DNA of 47,691 nt from an uncultured Coriobacteriia bacterium (GTDB taxonomy: Bacteria; Actinomycetota; Aquicultoria; CAYWVN01). A program made the translations under genes and the position numbers. Location of the stretch: positions 1 to 47,691 of the forward strand of contig CAYWVN010000001.1 in assembly GCA_964461725.1 (NCBI GenBank). The letters run 5' to 3'. The notes beneath the pieces were generated by a model, which was not told the origin of the DNA, ran no database searches, and worked only from the letters and a program-made list of their open reading frames with translations. This document shows, piece after piece, positions 1 through 8,664 of the stretch. Each line of letters opens with the position of its first letter. Positions within the stretch are counted from its first letter, which is position 1.

Positions 1-1269
1 GCTATTTCGAAACCCGTGCGCGAGGAAGAGAATGCGATCGTGCGCCGCCTGAAGACAGCATACGCGCCATTGCTGCGCATGGCCGTTAGCAGGCCGCTGC
101 CGGTAATTTCCAGTGCCGCTCTGCTGTTTGTATTCGCTGTCTTGTTGTTTGGCCGGCTTGGACAGGAATTCGCTCCCACGTTGGACGAGAAAAACATCGT
201 CATGGAGATCAGGCGCACGCCGAGCACCTCGCTCGCCCAATCGCAGGCGATGCAGCTCCTGATCGAACGCCAGATCAGCAAGGTTCCGGAGGTCGCGTTT
301 GTGTTCTCCCGAGTCGGTACACCCGATCTGGCTGCCGATCCGATGCCTCCCAACGTGGCCGACACCTACATCATCCTCAGGCCGCAGAGCGAATGGCTCG
401 ATCCTGGCATGACCAAGGACGTGCACGCCAAAGACGCGCACATGAAAGACAACGCCAAGTGCCGCTACTGCCACAACGTCTCGACTGCCGACCAGCAGTG
501 GGACTGCCGGAGCTGTCATCCGAAGGGCACTCTGCCGGGAGGCGGCACGGCCAACAAGCCGCCGGTGGCCAACGCCGGACCGGACCAGTCGGCGACGACT
601 GGGCAGAGCGTCAGCTTCGACGGTTCGTTGTCCCGCGACCCCGATGGCTCCATCAGGAGCTACAGCTGGAGCTTCGGCGACGGCACGACCGGCACCGGTG
701 TTACCACGTCGCACACCTACAACGCGGCTGGCGCCTACACGGTGACCCTGACTGTTACCGATGACAAGGGCGCCACCGGCACGGATACGGCCATCGTGAC
801 GGTGACCGCTCCGTCGTCCGGGGAGCTCATGACGGATGAAGCTGCCTGGATTCAGAACCTGAACCAGACCGACAATGACTCCAGGGGTACCGCGACCAAC
901 ATCACGGCGAGCATGGGGGACGGCGACACGTCCGTCGGCTATGAGGTGGTGAAGGACCGGGACCGCAGCAAGGTCATCGCGGTCAAGCTCAACAAGGACT
1001 GGAGGCTGTACTCCAAGGTGGTGCTCAAGTTCTTCGTGAGCTCCATCACCGAGAGCCCGGACAAGGCCAAGATCTACAACTACAAGTCCGACGGCAGATC
1101 GGTGGACTCCAGCGTGAGTGCGGACGTCAAGTCGACCGGCTGGATGCAGGTGGATGTGAGTGGCATCGCGTCCAAGATGTCCGGCTACGGTTGGATGAAG
1201 TTCCGCATCACTTCCGATGACAAGGCCTTCAAGGTCTCGGAGGTGAGGCTGGTAGTCACGGCCAAGTAG
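1..1269 (+). CDS. 5'-partial composite ORF: CusA/CzcA-type RND efflux pump internal fragment (nt 1-420) continuing in frame into a dihaem c-type cytochrome segment, a PKD domain and a C-terminal beta-sandwich domain
   Basis: Frame 1 is open from nt 1; the track ORF 16..1269 starts at an internal GTG. aa 1-135 read like the TM7/periplasmic part of heavy-metal RND pumps (LFGRLGQEFAPTLDEKN, DPMPPNVADTYIILRPQSEWLDPGMTKD). From nt ~421 come CRYCH and CRSCH haem motifs, then a PKD signature (FDGSLSRDPDGSIRSYSWSFGDGTTG...HTYNAAGAYTVTLTVTDDKG). Stop TAG at 1267-1269. Confidence 0.6.
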   Translation, partial: AISKPVREEENAIVRRLKTAYAPLLRMAVSRPLPVISSAALLFVFAVLLFGRLGQEFAPTLDEKNIVMEIRRTPSTSLAQSQAMQLLIERQISKVPEVAFVFSRVGTPDLAADPMPPNVADTYIILRPQSEWLDPGMTKDVHAKDAHMKDNAKCRYCHNVSTADQQWDCRSCHPKGTLPGGGTANKPPVANAGPDQSATTGQSVSFDGSLSRDPDGSIRSYSWSFGDGTTGTGVTTSHTYNAAGAYTVTLTVTDDKGATGTDTAIVTVTAPSSGELMTDEAAWIQNLNQTDNDSRGTATNITASMGDGDTSVGYEVVKDRDRSKVIAVKLNKDWRLYSKVVLKFFVSSITESPDKAKIYNYKSDGRSVDSSVSADVKSTGWMQVDVSGIASKMSGYGWMKFRITSDDKAFKVSEVRLVVTAK

Positions 1270-1316
1270 CAGGGAGTCGGCTCTGTCGGCTCTTGAAAGT
1301 GGGGCACTAGGAAGAC

Positions 1317-1348
1317 GGCGGTCGCTTCGGCGGCCGCCGCCCCCTTTT
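1317..1348 (+). terminator. Rho-independent terminator after the PKD/haem ORF
   Basis: Stem GGCGGTCGC / GCGGCCGCC (9 bp, one G.U) with a TTCG loop, followed by GCCCCC-TTTT, 48 nt after the stop codon. Confidence 0.6.
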
Positions 1349-1411
1349 GCCCTGTTGTCCGGAAACCGTTCAGTCGACGATGCCGACCGTTAAGAAAGGC
1401 TTCTCGACCGC

Positions 1412-1439
1412 TTGACATGCACATGGAGACGTGTATCAT
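1412..1439 (+). promoter_or_regulatory. Sigma70-like promoter, TTGACA-16 nt-TATCAT
   Basis: Perfect -35 TTGACA (1412-1417), 16-nt spacer, -10 TATCAT (1434-1439). Lies in the 475-nt gap upstream of the first giant cytochrome gene. Confidence 0.5.
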
Positions 1440-1450
1440 CCAAGATGACG

Positions 1451-1485
1451 ACCGCGTGGCGTGAGCCATTCACGCGTGTCGCGGT
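1451..1485 (+). promoter_or_regulatory. Nested inverted repeat just downstream of the promoter (operator or 5'-leader hairpin)
   Basis: ACCGCG..CGCGGT encloses the 17-bp palindrome GCGTGA-gccat-TCACGC (1459-1475). Sits about +5 to +40 relative to the predicted start of the 1412-1439 promoter. Confidence 0.3.
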
Positions 1486-1574
1486 TGTACGAAGAGAAAG
1501 TCGGACAGGTGCCCAGCCGGCTTTTTCTTCCTTTTCTGGGCTGTTTGCCTCTTGTGGCCTTGCGACGCTGTGGG

Positions 1575-1583
1575 TGCTAGAAT
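1575..1583 (+). promoter_or_regulatory. Possible second promoter, extended -10 TGcTAGAAT
   Basis: TG-c-TAGAAT at 1575-1583. No good -35, which is tolerated for extended -10 promoters. About 240 nt upstream of the cytochrome start. Confidence 0.3.
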
Positions 1584-1823
1584 CCTGCCCAAGATGGTCT
1601 TAAGGGCACGAGATCGTCGCTTCAGATTACCCATGACTTCTCGCTCAGCCGCGGCCATCCAAGGCCTGGTGTGGGCGTGCGGCGGCCTGTTCATGCAGCG
1701 TTCTCGCGTAACAGAGCGCGCGGTTTCTCGTTGTACTAGTGTCAGGGCAACAGGGGCCCGCCCGTGGCAACTTGAAGAGCTGTGCGGTTGCGGCGGCGGG
1801 GATTTCCAGACGGGGTAGGAGAC

Positions 1824-4800
1824 GTGGGCTTGAACGCGCGTGACCTCAGGCAAGCGCTGGATGATTCGCTAGAGCTGGTCCTGCACCAGGGCCTGCGCAC
1901 GGAACAGGCGGCCAAGCGCTTTCCCGAGTTGGAGAGTGACCTGTTGCCGTTGCTGAGGACGATGGCTGCTGCACGGCAGGCTCCGGCAATGCGGATGCCT
2001 GATCCCTCCAAGAACCGCGTGTGGGAGTCCGTAGAGGACAAGATCACGGCGACCGCTCCACCGGCCGGCCGGTTCCGTGTCAGGGCCGGGCGCTTCCTGC
2101 GTCACTTCAACTACCCCCAGCTGGCGGCCTCTTTCACAATGGTGAGCTTTCTGGTCGCCAGCTCGTGGGCGTTGGCGTCGGCGCTCACACCGGCGCCTGT
2201 GTCTAGCCCGATTCAACCTGACACGAGAGGCGGGTCCGTGGCGGCCGGAGCAGCGGGCGGCGTAACCGCGCCGGGGCAGCTGCCCACTGAAAGCTATGCT
2301 TCGGGCACCGGAGGCGGGATCAGCGTCAACCCGAGTTCCGGCACCGCAGGGTCTTCCGGATCGCTGTCGACCGGCGCCGGCTCGACCGTCGCGTCGGCCA
2401 ACACGGGCGATGAGGACTCCTCGGGCGGCTCCGGTGGTGACTCCGGCAGCTCGGGGAGTTCCGGTGGCGGCTCGTCGTCCACCAAGAAGCACAAGCCCAA
2501 GCCGCCGCAAGGCAACCACGGGACAGGCGACGAGGGCGATGGCCCTGGGCTGCCGGTGTCTACTCCGACGAGCCTGGCCGTCTACGCCGGCGACCTTGAG
2601 AATGATCTCTCGTGGGCGGCACCGGCCGACGCGAGCGGACGCCTCAAGGGCTACGACGTGTATCGGAGCGACACGGAAGACGGGACCTATCAGAAGGTCA
2701 ATGACGCGCCCGTTGCCTCCAGCGGATACGAAGATCCGATTTCGGAAGACGAACTCGGTCTCTACTACTACAAGGTCCGTTCGGTCTCCAAGTGGGGGCA
2801 GGAGAGCGGGCTCACGGAGGCGGAACCCAACCTGTACGTGAAGATCTCACACCGCTTCGCGGCTGCGGGCAGCGATGAAGTGATCGCGGCCAACGGCAAG
2901 CTCTCTTTCCTCGTGCCGACCGCTTCACTTACACAGGACACCACAGTTACCATCGACGAGCGCGACACCGCGCCGATCGTCGAAGACGCCCGCCAGGCGT
3001 CACCTCCCTACGACTTCGGCCCGGACGGGCTATCGTTCTCGGACAGCGCGCCGGCGCACTTGAGCATGGGCTACTACTTCGGGGTGAGTGACGCGGAGCT
3101 GGACCTGCTGCTGAGCACGACGGTGAATCTCTATTACTTCGACGAAGCGAGCGGCAGTGCGGTCCAGGTTCCAGACGGCGATGTCGCGGTCGACGGGGCG
3201 AGCAAGACCGTGAACGCCGCCGTGCGCCACTTTACCACCTACTGGTCGAGCGCCAAGGTCAATCCGCACGGCAACTCATCCAGTGGATCGACCGACTGGT
3301 GCACGAGCATCTGTCACGGACTGCACGGCGGGGGCTACAGTGCGACCAAGTGGAACGCCTACGACGTGTGTGTCCAGTGCCACGGCAACACCAACTCCTA
3401 CAACCCGCCCGCCGGAGCCGGTCTGACGACGACGGCCTACAACATCGAGGCCGGGTTCATAGACTGCGCCGACCAGACCTACTCTGATTCAACGATGTCG
3501 CGGCATCCGGCGCCGGAAAGCCTCATGGTCTGCAGCGCCTGCCACAGCCCGCATAGGAAGATAACCGATCTCACTGACAACTTGTATTACCGCTATCGGG
3601 ATCCCATAACGCCCGGCAACTATGCCAGCGCCTACACCTACTCCTACACCGCCAGCCCGCTCGGCAACGCTTTCTGTTGGGGGTGCCACGGGACGCAGGC
3701 CAACGTCTGGTCGGTGGCGGTGGGCCAGATCGCCTCGATCTCCTACTACACACAGTCGCTGGGGGACCACAGGACCGGCTACGAGTCGCTGGCGGCCCAC
3801 GACGTGTCGCTGCCGGCTTCCGGAGCCGCGCCCAACGCTTGGGTCCCGCCGACGTCTGCCCTGGGGGACAGGCAAGGTGTCAACCAGAGCACGAACATCC
3901 GATGTGAGAACTGCCATTATCACCACGGGACCAGCCAAGCGAGGGCACTGACGGGATACCGCCTGACGAGCTCCTATCAAGGTGGCCGGGAGGAGAACCT
4001 GTGCTACCAGTGCCACACGCAGACCTGGAAGGCCGGTATGAAGAACATCCGCGGCGAGTTCTCCAAGGCGTACTCGCACACGGTAGGCTCACAGACCTAC
4101 TACCACAACGCCTACAGCGAGAGCCTGACCGGGGTCATCGCCGGCCAGCGACACGTCGAGTGCGTCGACTGCCACAATACGCATCGCGCGAGGATGGGGA
4201 CGCACACCCGCGGGACCAACGCCGTGACGGGGGCGCTCGTCGGGGCCATGGGAGTCGTGCCCAACTTCGGGTCGACGACCGGCACGGCCGGCTCATACGC
4301 GATCACCCAGTCGGCGACGCGCGAGTACCAGATCTGTCTGCGCTGCCACTCCAGTTTCGACGCCTCCGCGCCTAAGGAGATCTCAATCGACTTCAACATC
4401 AACAACCCGTCGTATCACCCGGTGACATCGGTGGGGCGGAACAGCACGATGGCGGCCGGCACGCTGACCGCACCCTGGACGGCGTCGAGCACGATGTACT
4501 GCTCCGACTGCCACACGAGCGACTCGACGTCCATCTCCGGGCCGCACGGGTCGACCAACGCGTACATGCTGGCGCGCGCCTACTCGACCGCCTCGCGGAC
4601 CTCATCTACCGGATTCCTCTGCTACATATGCCACCAATACAACACCTACTATGCCGGAACCAACACGCAGTCGTACTTCAAGAAGTCGGGTAACGACAAC
4701 CTGCACTACACGCACGTGAATGCCGCCAAGGCGCCGCAGATGAACTGCTGGCGGTGCCACGACTCGCACGGCAGCGGCTTCAAGCAGCGTCTGATCGCCG

Positions 4801-6404
4801 AGGGGCGAGGCATCAACGCCTTCATCGGTCCCGCGCCCAGCAACTACTCGACTTCGAATTGCACGACCACCGGCTGCCATGGCTCGGACGACAACTGCTA
4901 CACGTGCCACGGCGAGACCGGCGGCAACCAGCGCGTGGTCTACCTGATGGGCCGCGGTTTTGCCGGCTCCGTGAACGGAGGTGTGGCCAAGACGTACCAC
5001 CACAACATGACGTCGCCGACGACGGCGTTTGCCGGGACTTCCGCGGATCCGCCGACGACTTCCGTCTCGACGAACACCTGCGAGGGTCGCTGTCACGCCA
5101 AGCATGCGGAGCATACCGGCACCAACGCCAAGTCACTCAGGGCCGGCAACGTGGAGCGCGAGCTGTGCCTCTACTGCCACGGCGTGGCCGGACGGGCCTA
5201 TCCGGCCCGGACGTTCACTTCCGTGTCGTACTCCGGGACGGCACATGACTACAGCACTCTGGGCTACACCGAGAACCGGTGGAACCCGAGCGTCGGCTAC
5301 AGCGCGAACTACCAGTACACCAAGAACTGCAACAAGTGCCATGCGCCGCACGGGACCAACATAAAGTATCTGGTCAACGAGGTAGTGGAGAACATGGGCA
5401 ATACCGGCTACGCCAACTACACTACGACGGCGGTCTCCGGCGAAGCCCAGCGGGATCGCGCCTGCTTCGCCTGCCACGGCCCAAAGGGCCCGGCCCCGCG
5501 TGACGTGAGCACCGCCTTCAATGAGTCCTCCAGGCACGACGTGTTCAGCACGGGGCAGGCCGGCCGCCATCAGGCGACCAGCACGGAGGCCACCGGTTCC
5601 GCCAACCGCCACGTGCTCTGCGAGGACTGCCATAATCCACACGGAGCCACAGCTTCGAACGTCCTCAGCGGGGTGTGGGGCGTGACGGTGAGCTACGGTC
5701 CACTCACCTACACGCGCATCGCGCAGGTCCAGACAGGCAAGGGGTGGCAGCTCTGCTTCAAGTGCCACAGCGGTTACGTGACTCTGCCGGCCGGAAGGCC
5801 GAACGTGGCAGTGCAGTTCACCCCCACAGTCGCTTTCCAGCACGGAGTCATGAGCGCCGGGGTCATGAACCCGAACGCCCTCATCGACGCCACGTTCGTG
5901 TCGCCGTGGACCAGGAACAGCCGAACCACATGCACGGACTGTCATGGTGACTCTGATTCGACCGCGCCCAAAGGCGTGCACGCCTCGGCCGCTGCGTCCA
6001 TCCTTCGGACGCCGACCAGCTCGGCGGCGCCCTCAGGCGCTTCCGACCAGTACGTCAACTGCTTCCTGTGCCACCGGTGGGAGGTCTACGACAACAATGT
6101 GGCGAACACTTCAGGCTCGCCCAGCGAGAACAACAGCCGGTTCGATCACAGTGGCTCCAACGGTGGCCATGACAAGCTGGTCGGAGACACGACCGTCTCA
6201 GGCATCTGGTGCCTGGCGTGCCACGGGGGCAAGGAAAAGGGCGGCATCCACGGGACCACGAACAACACGCTGCAGCATCTGAACGGGCAGTCCATCGCGT
6301 CCTATGCGAGCTTTACCGCCGGGACTATCACGTGTGACACGGTAGGTTCAGGCTCGGCGTGCACGCAGCACACCGGCGGCAAGTCGTATACCGCGAACTT
6401 CTAG
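1824..6404 (+). CDS. Giant membrane-anchored multihaem c-type cytochrome (19 CxxCH + 2 CxxxCH + 1 CxxxxCH, ~22 haem sites) with a cytoplasmic helical N-domain, one TM helix, a Ser/Gly-rich linker and an FN3-like domain
   Basis: Track ORF 1782..6404. Start is uncertain: GTG 1782, GTG 1824 or TTG 1830 (AGGAG at 1817-1821 is 8 nt before TTG 1830). TM helix YPQLAASFTMVSFLVASSWALASAL (~nt 2112-2192). S/G-rich linker at ~2292-2480. FN3-like segment LAVYAGDLENDLSWAAP...YYYKVRSVSKWG. Haem motifs run from nt ~3300 onward, many as CxxCHxxHG (CSACHSPH, CENCHYHHG, CNKCHAPHG, CEDCHNPHG). Variant sites: CTSICH, CTTTGCH, CEGRCH. Confidence 0.9.
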   Translation: MGLNARDLRQALDDSLELVLHQGLRTEQAAKRFPELESDLLPLLRTMAAARQAPAMRMPDPSKNRVWESVEDKITATAPPAGRFRVRAGRFLRHFNYPQLAASFTMVSFLVASSWALASALTPAPVSSPIQPDTRGGSVAAGAAGGVTAPGQLPTESYASGTGGGISVNPSSGTAGSSGSLSTGAGSTVASANTGDEDSSGGSGGDSGSSGSSGGGSSSTKKHKPKPPQGNHGTGDEGDGPGLPVSTPTSLAVYAGDLENDLSWAAPADASGRLKGYDVYRSDTEDGTYQKVNDAPVASSGYEDPISEDELGLYYYKVRSVSKWGQESGLTEAEPNLYVKISHRFAAAGSDEVIAANGKLSFLVPTASLTQDTTVTIDERDTAPIVEDARQASPPYDFGPDGLSFSDSAPAHLSMGYYFGVSDAELDLLLSTTVNLYYFDEASGSAVQVPDGDVAVDGASKTVNAAVRHFTTYWSSAKVNPHGNSSSGSTDWCTSICHGLHGGGYSATKWNAYDVCVQCHGNTNSYNPPAGAGLTTTAYNIEAGFIDCADQTYSDSTMSRHPAPESLMVCSACHSPHRKITDLTDNLYYRYRDPITPGNYASAYTYSYTASPLGNAFCWGCHGTQANVWSVAVGQIASISYYTQSLGDHRTGYESLAAHDVSLPASGAAPNAWVPPTSALGDRQGVNQSTNIRCENCHYHHGTSQARALTGYRLTSSYQGGREENLCYQCHTQTWKAGMKNIRGEFSKAYSHTVGSQTYYHNAYSESLTGVIAGQRHVECVDCHNTHRARMGTHTRGTNAVTGALVGAMGVVPNFGSTTGTAGSYAITQSATREYQICLRCHSSFDASAPKEISIDFNINNPSYHPVTSVGRNSTMAAGTLTAPWTASSTMYCSDCHTSDSTSISGPHGSTNAYMLARAYSTASRTSSTGFLCYICHQYNTYYAGTNTQSYFKKSGNDNLHYTHVNAAKAPQMNCWRCHDSHGSGFKQRLIAEGRGINAFIGPAPSNYSTSNCTTTGCHGSDDNCYTCHGETGGNQRVVYLMGRGFAGSVNGGVAKTYHHNMTSPTTAFAGTSADPPTTSVSTNTCEGRCHAKHAEHTGTNAKSLRAGNVERELCLYCHGVAGRAYPARTFTSVSYSGTAHDYSTLGYTENRWNPSVGYSANYQYTKNCNKCHAPHGTNIKYLVNEVVENMGNTGYANYTTTAVSGEAQRDRACFACHGPKGPAPRDVSTAFNESSRHDVFSTGQAGRHQATSTEATGSANRHVLCEDCHNPHGATASNVLSGVWGVTVSYGPLTYTRIAQVQTGKGWQLCFKCHSGYVTLPAGRPNVAVQFTPTVAFQHGVMSAGVMNPNALIDATFVSPWTRNSRTTCTDCHGDSDSTAPKGVHASAAASILRTPTSSAAPSGASDQYVNCFLCHRWEVYDNNVANTSGSPSENNSRFDHSGSNGGHDKLVGDTTVSGIWCLACHGGKEKGGIHGTTNNTLQHLNGQSIASYASFTAGTITCDTVGSGSACTQHTGGKSYTANF

Positions 6405-6427
6405 CCAGGAGAGGACGCACGGCCATT

Positions 6428-7825
6428 TTGGACACTCTCTTTGAACTACTGCGTTCGCGGAAGCTTGCCATAGGGCTCTTCATTGTGATCTCGGGGTTGG
6501 CCGTGGTGGGTACCATTGTGCCCCAGGCCCACCTGACACCGCCCGCGAGCTACCAAGCATTCTTGCAGAAGAACCCCACCCTGGCTCCCCTGGCCCAGAG
6601 GTTGGGTCTCACTGCCCTATACTACTCGTGGTGGTTCTACGCTCTTCTCCTATTGCTGCTGGCCAACACTGCGGCCTGCACCATCAGTCGCCTGGGTCCC
6701 CTGTGGCGCTTGCTGGCCGAGCCACCGTCGCTCAAGGACGCGCAGGCGATTGCGGCGATGCCCGGACACAGGAGCATCATGTGGCCGGACGTCCGGCCAT
6801 CGGACGGGGCCAAGCGGATCGGCGCGGTCTTCAGACGCGCCGGCTACGGCGTGAGACTGCACGAGGGCGAGTCAGGGACGCGGGCTGTCGCCTGGAAAGG
6901 ACGCGCCGGCCCGCTTGGCTCAATCGTCTTCCACTTGAGCTTCATCCCCATCGTGCTGGGTATTCTTTCCATGACGCTTTTTGGTCTTAGGGGAGTGGTT
7001 CTTGTCGACCAAGGAGAGCCGTGGAAGGAGGGCCACGGTGCGTATCTTTCTTTGAAGGAAGGCTATCTCTTTCGCGACCGCCATCCTGGGTTCCAGATCA
7101 CCTTGAACGGCGTCCGGCCCAGATACCGAAGGCGGGACCTTGTGGACCTGGCTGCCGACGTCACGGTGAACGGGGGGCTTGGGGAAAGGAAGCGGACAAT
7201 CGGTGTCAATCGCCCGCTGTCCCAGGACGGGTTTCTCCTTGTGTTGGACTCGTACGGGTTTGCCCCGCTGGTCCGGATTGCCGAGCGCGGTAGGGCGCGC
7301 TCCTACGCCTATATGAACCTCGGCTCGCGCGGTATCGAGGGCTCCGCCTTTGGGGACAGGTTCTCGATTGCAGGCAACCTGCAGGCGGACCTCCGCTTCT
7401 ACCCGGACGCCGTCTACGAGCGGGGCAAGGTGAGGGTTCTCTCACAGATCGCCCGCAGGCCTCTCGTCGAGCTGTTGCTTCGCCGGAACGGAAAGATCGT
7501 CTTCGACGGCCCGGTCGCGCTGGGAGGGACGGTGAAGCAGGGCGGCATGGCAGTGACGTTCTCCAAATGGCACCACTACGTAATCCTCAAGTTGATCAGA
7601 GACCCCGGCTGGTTCGTGCTGGTCGGGGGCTTCGTTCTGGCCGTTGCCGGACTAGTACTGCGCGCCGGCTTTGCATACCGCAGGTTCTGGATTGCGGTAG
7701 AAGCCCGCGGCAAGAGCCGACAGCTCCTCATGTCAGGAAGGAGCGACCGGTACGGCGCGTTCCTCGAACAGGAGATGGGGTCCTTGCTGTCAAGACTTCA
7801 GGAAGTCGGGGAGAAGGAGGCATAG
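6428..7825 (+). CDS. resB: Cytochrome c biogenesis protein ResB/CcsB (System II)
   Basis: N-terminus LFELLRSRKLAIGLFIVISGLAVVGTIVPQ is typical of ResB. TM helices flank a large extracytoplasmic loop. The likely start is TTG 6428, after AGGAGAGG (6406-6413); the track start 6359 would overlap the cytochrome gene. Confidence 0.8.
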   Translation: MDTLFELLRSRKLAIGLFIVISGLAVVGTIVPQAHLTPPASYQAFLQKNPTLAPLAQRLGLTALYYSWWFYALLLLLLANTAACTISRLGPLWRLLAEPPSLKDAQAIAAMPGHRSIMWPDVRPSDGAKRIGAVFRRAGYGVRLHEGESGTRAVAWKGRAGPLGSIVFHLSFIPIVLGILSMTLFGLRGVVLVDQGEPWKEGHGAYLSLKEGYLFRDRHPGFQITLNGVRPRYRRRDLVDLAADVTVNGGLGERKRTIGVNRPLSQDGFLLVLDSYGFAPLVRIAERGRARSYAYMNLGSRGIEGSAFGDRFSIAGNLQADLRFYPDAVYERGKVRVLSQIARRPLVELLLRRNGKIVFDGPVALGGTVKQGGMAVTFSKWHHYVILKLIRDPGWFVLVGGFVLAVAGLVLRAGFAYRRFWIAVEARGKSRQLLMSGRSDRYGAFLEQEMGSLLSRLQEVGEKEA

Positions 7826-8650
7826 GTGCTGTTCTATGAGACCATCTTCTTTTGGGTTGCGGTGGCCGGCTATGTCCTGGCCTTCGTCTATGGGCTTTTC
7901 TTGGTCGTCGCCCAGAAGGAATCCTCCCGGCTGTATGTTGCCCTGGCGGTGTCGGGTCTGGCTTGTCAGGCGGTGGCTATCGTGGTCAGGATTGACTATC
8001 TGTCGGCCCCACCGGTGCGCAATGTCTACGAGCTGAACATGCTGGGCGCCTGGCTGGTCGTGGCGATGTGGCTTGTTGTTCAGTGGAAATATCCGGAACT
8101 CAGGTCACCCGGGCTCGTCGTTCTAGCGGTGGCGTTCCTGATGATGGGCTTCGGCCTACTGTCACGGCCGGAGCTCAAACCCCTCACTCCGGCATACAAG
8201 AACCTATGGCTCTACGTGCACGTGTTCTTCGCCTGGTTTGCGTACGCGGCGTTCACAAGCGCATCGGCTGCCGCGATCTGGTTTCTATTGAGAGACCGCC
8301 CGCGGGCGCGTGCCGGGGACGAGCAGGCGGACCGGGCGCTGCTGGAACGTCTCGACTGGCTCGGCTATCGCCTGATTCTCTTTGGCTTCGCCATGAACGC
8401 AGTGATGCTTGTCTCTGGTGCGATCTGGGCTCGGGAGCTGTGGGGTAGCTACTGGAGCTGGGACGCGATAGAGACCTGGTCTCTGGTCGTCTGGCTGGCC
8501 TACGGTCTCTATCTCCACCTGAGAGCCAACTACGGCTGGAGGGGACGTCGGGCGGCCTGGTTTGCGGCTCTGGCGCTGCTACTAGTCAGCTTCAGCTTCT
8601 GGGGCGTAAACTACCTGACGTCTTCGGTCCATTCCTTCTACATGGCCTAG
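7826..8650 (+). CDS. ccsA: Cytochrome c biogenesis protein CcsA (System II haem lyase subunit)
   Basis: Trp-rich haem-handling motif WGSYWSWDAIETWSLVVWLAY in a polytopic protein. GTG 7826 directly follows the resB stop and is preceded by GGAGAAGGAGG. Confidence 0.9.
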   Translation: MLFYETIFFWVAVAGYVLAFVYGLFLVVAQKESSRLYVALAVSGLACQAVAIVVRIDYLSAPPVRNVYELNMLGAWLVVAMWLVVQWKYPELRSPGLVVLAVAFLMMGFGLLSRPELKPLTPAYKNLWLYVHVFFAWFAYAAFTSASAAAIWFLLRDRPRARAGDEQADRALLERLDWLGYRLILFGFAMNAVMLVSGAIWARELWGSYWSWDAIETWSLVVWLAYGLYLHLRANYGWRGRRAAWFAALALLLVSFSFWGVNYLTSSVHSFYMA

Positions 8651-8664
8651 CAGACACTCGATTC

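Noticed and set aside
393-764. Overlapping alternative-frame ORFs throughout the window (for example 393..764, 2296..2841, 4754..5248, 17722..18507, 23475..24191, 40044..40901)
   Set aside because: All are nested in or overlap genes with clear family signatures in another frame. Their translations are Arg/Pro/Gly/Ala-rich and lack motifs, as expected by chance at ~65% GC.
1412-1818. Small ORFs (63 and 88 aa) in the leader upstream of the first cytochrome
   Set aside because: No RBS, no recognisable domain, and a composition unlike the surrounding genes. The region is better explained as promoter/leader sequence.
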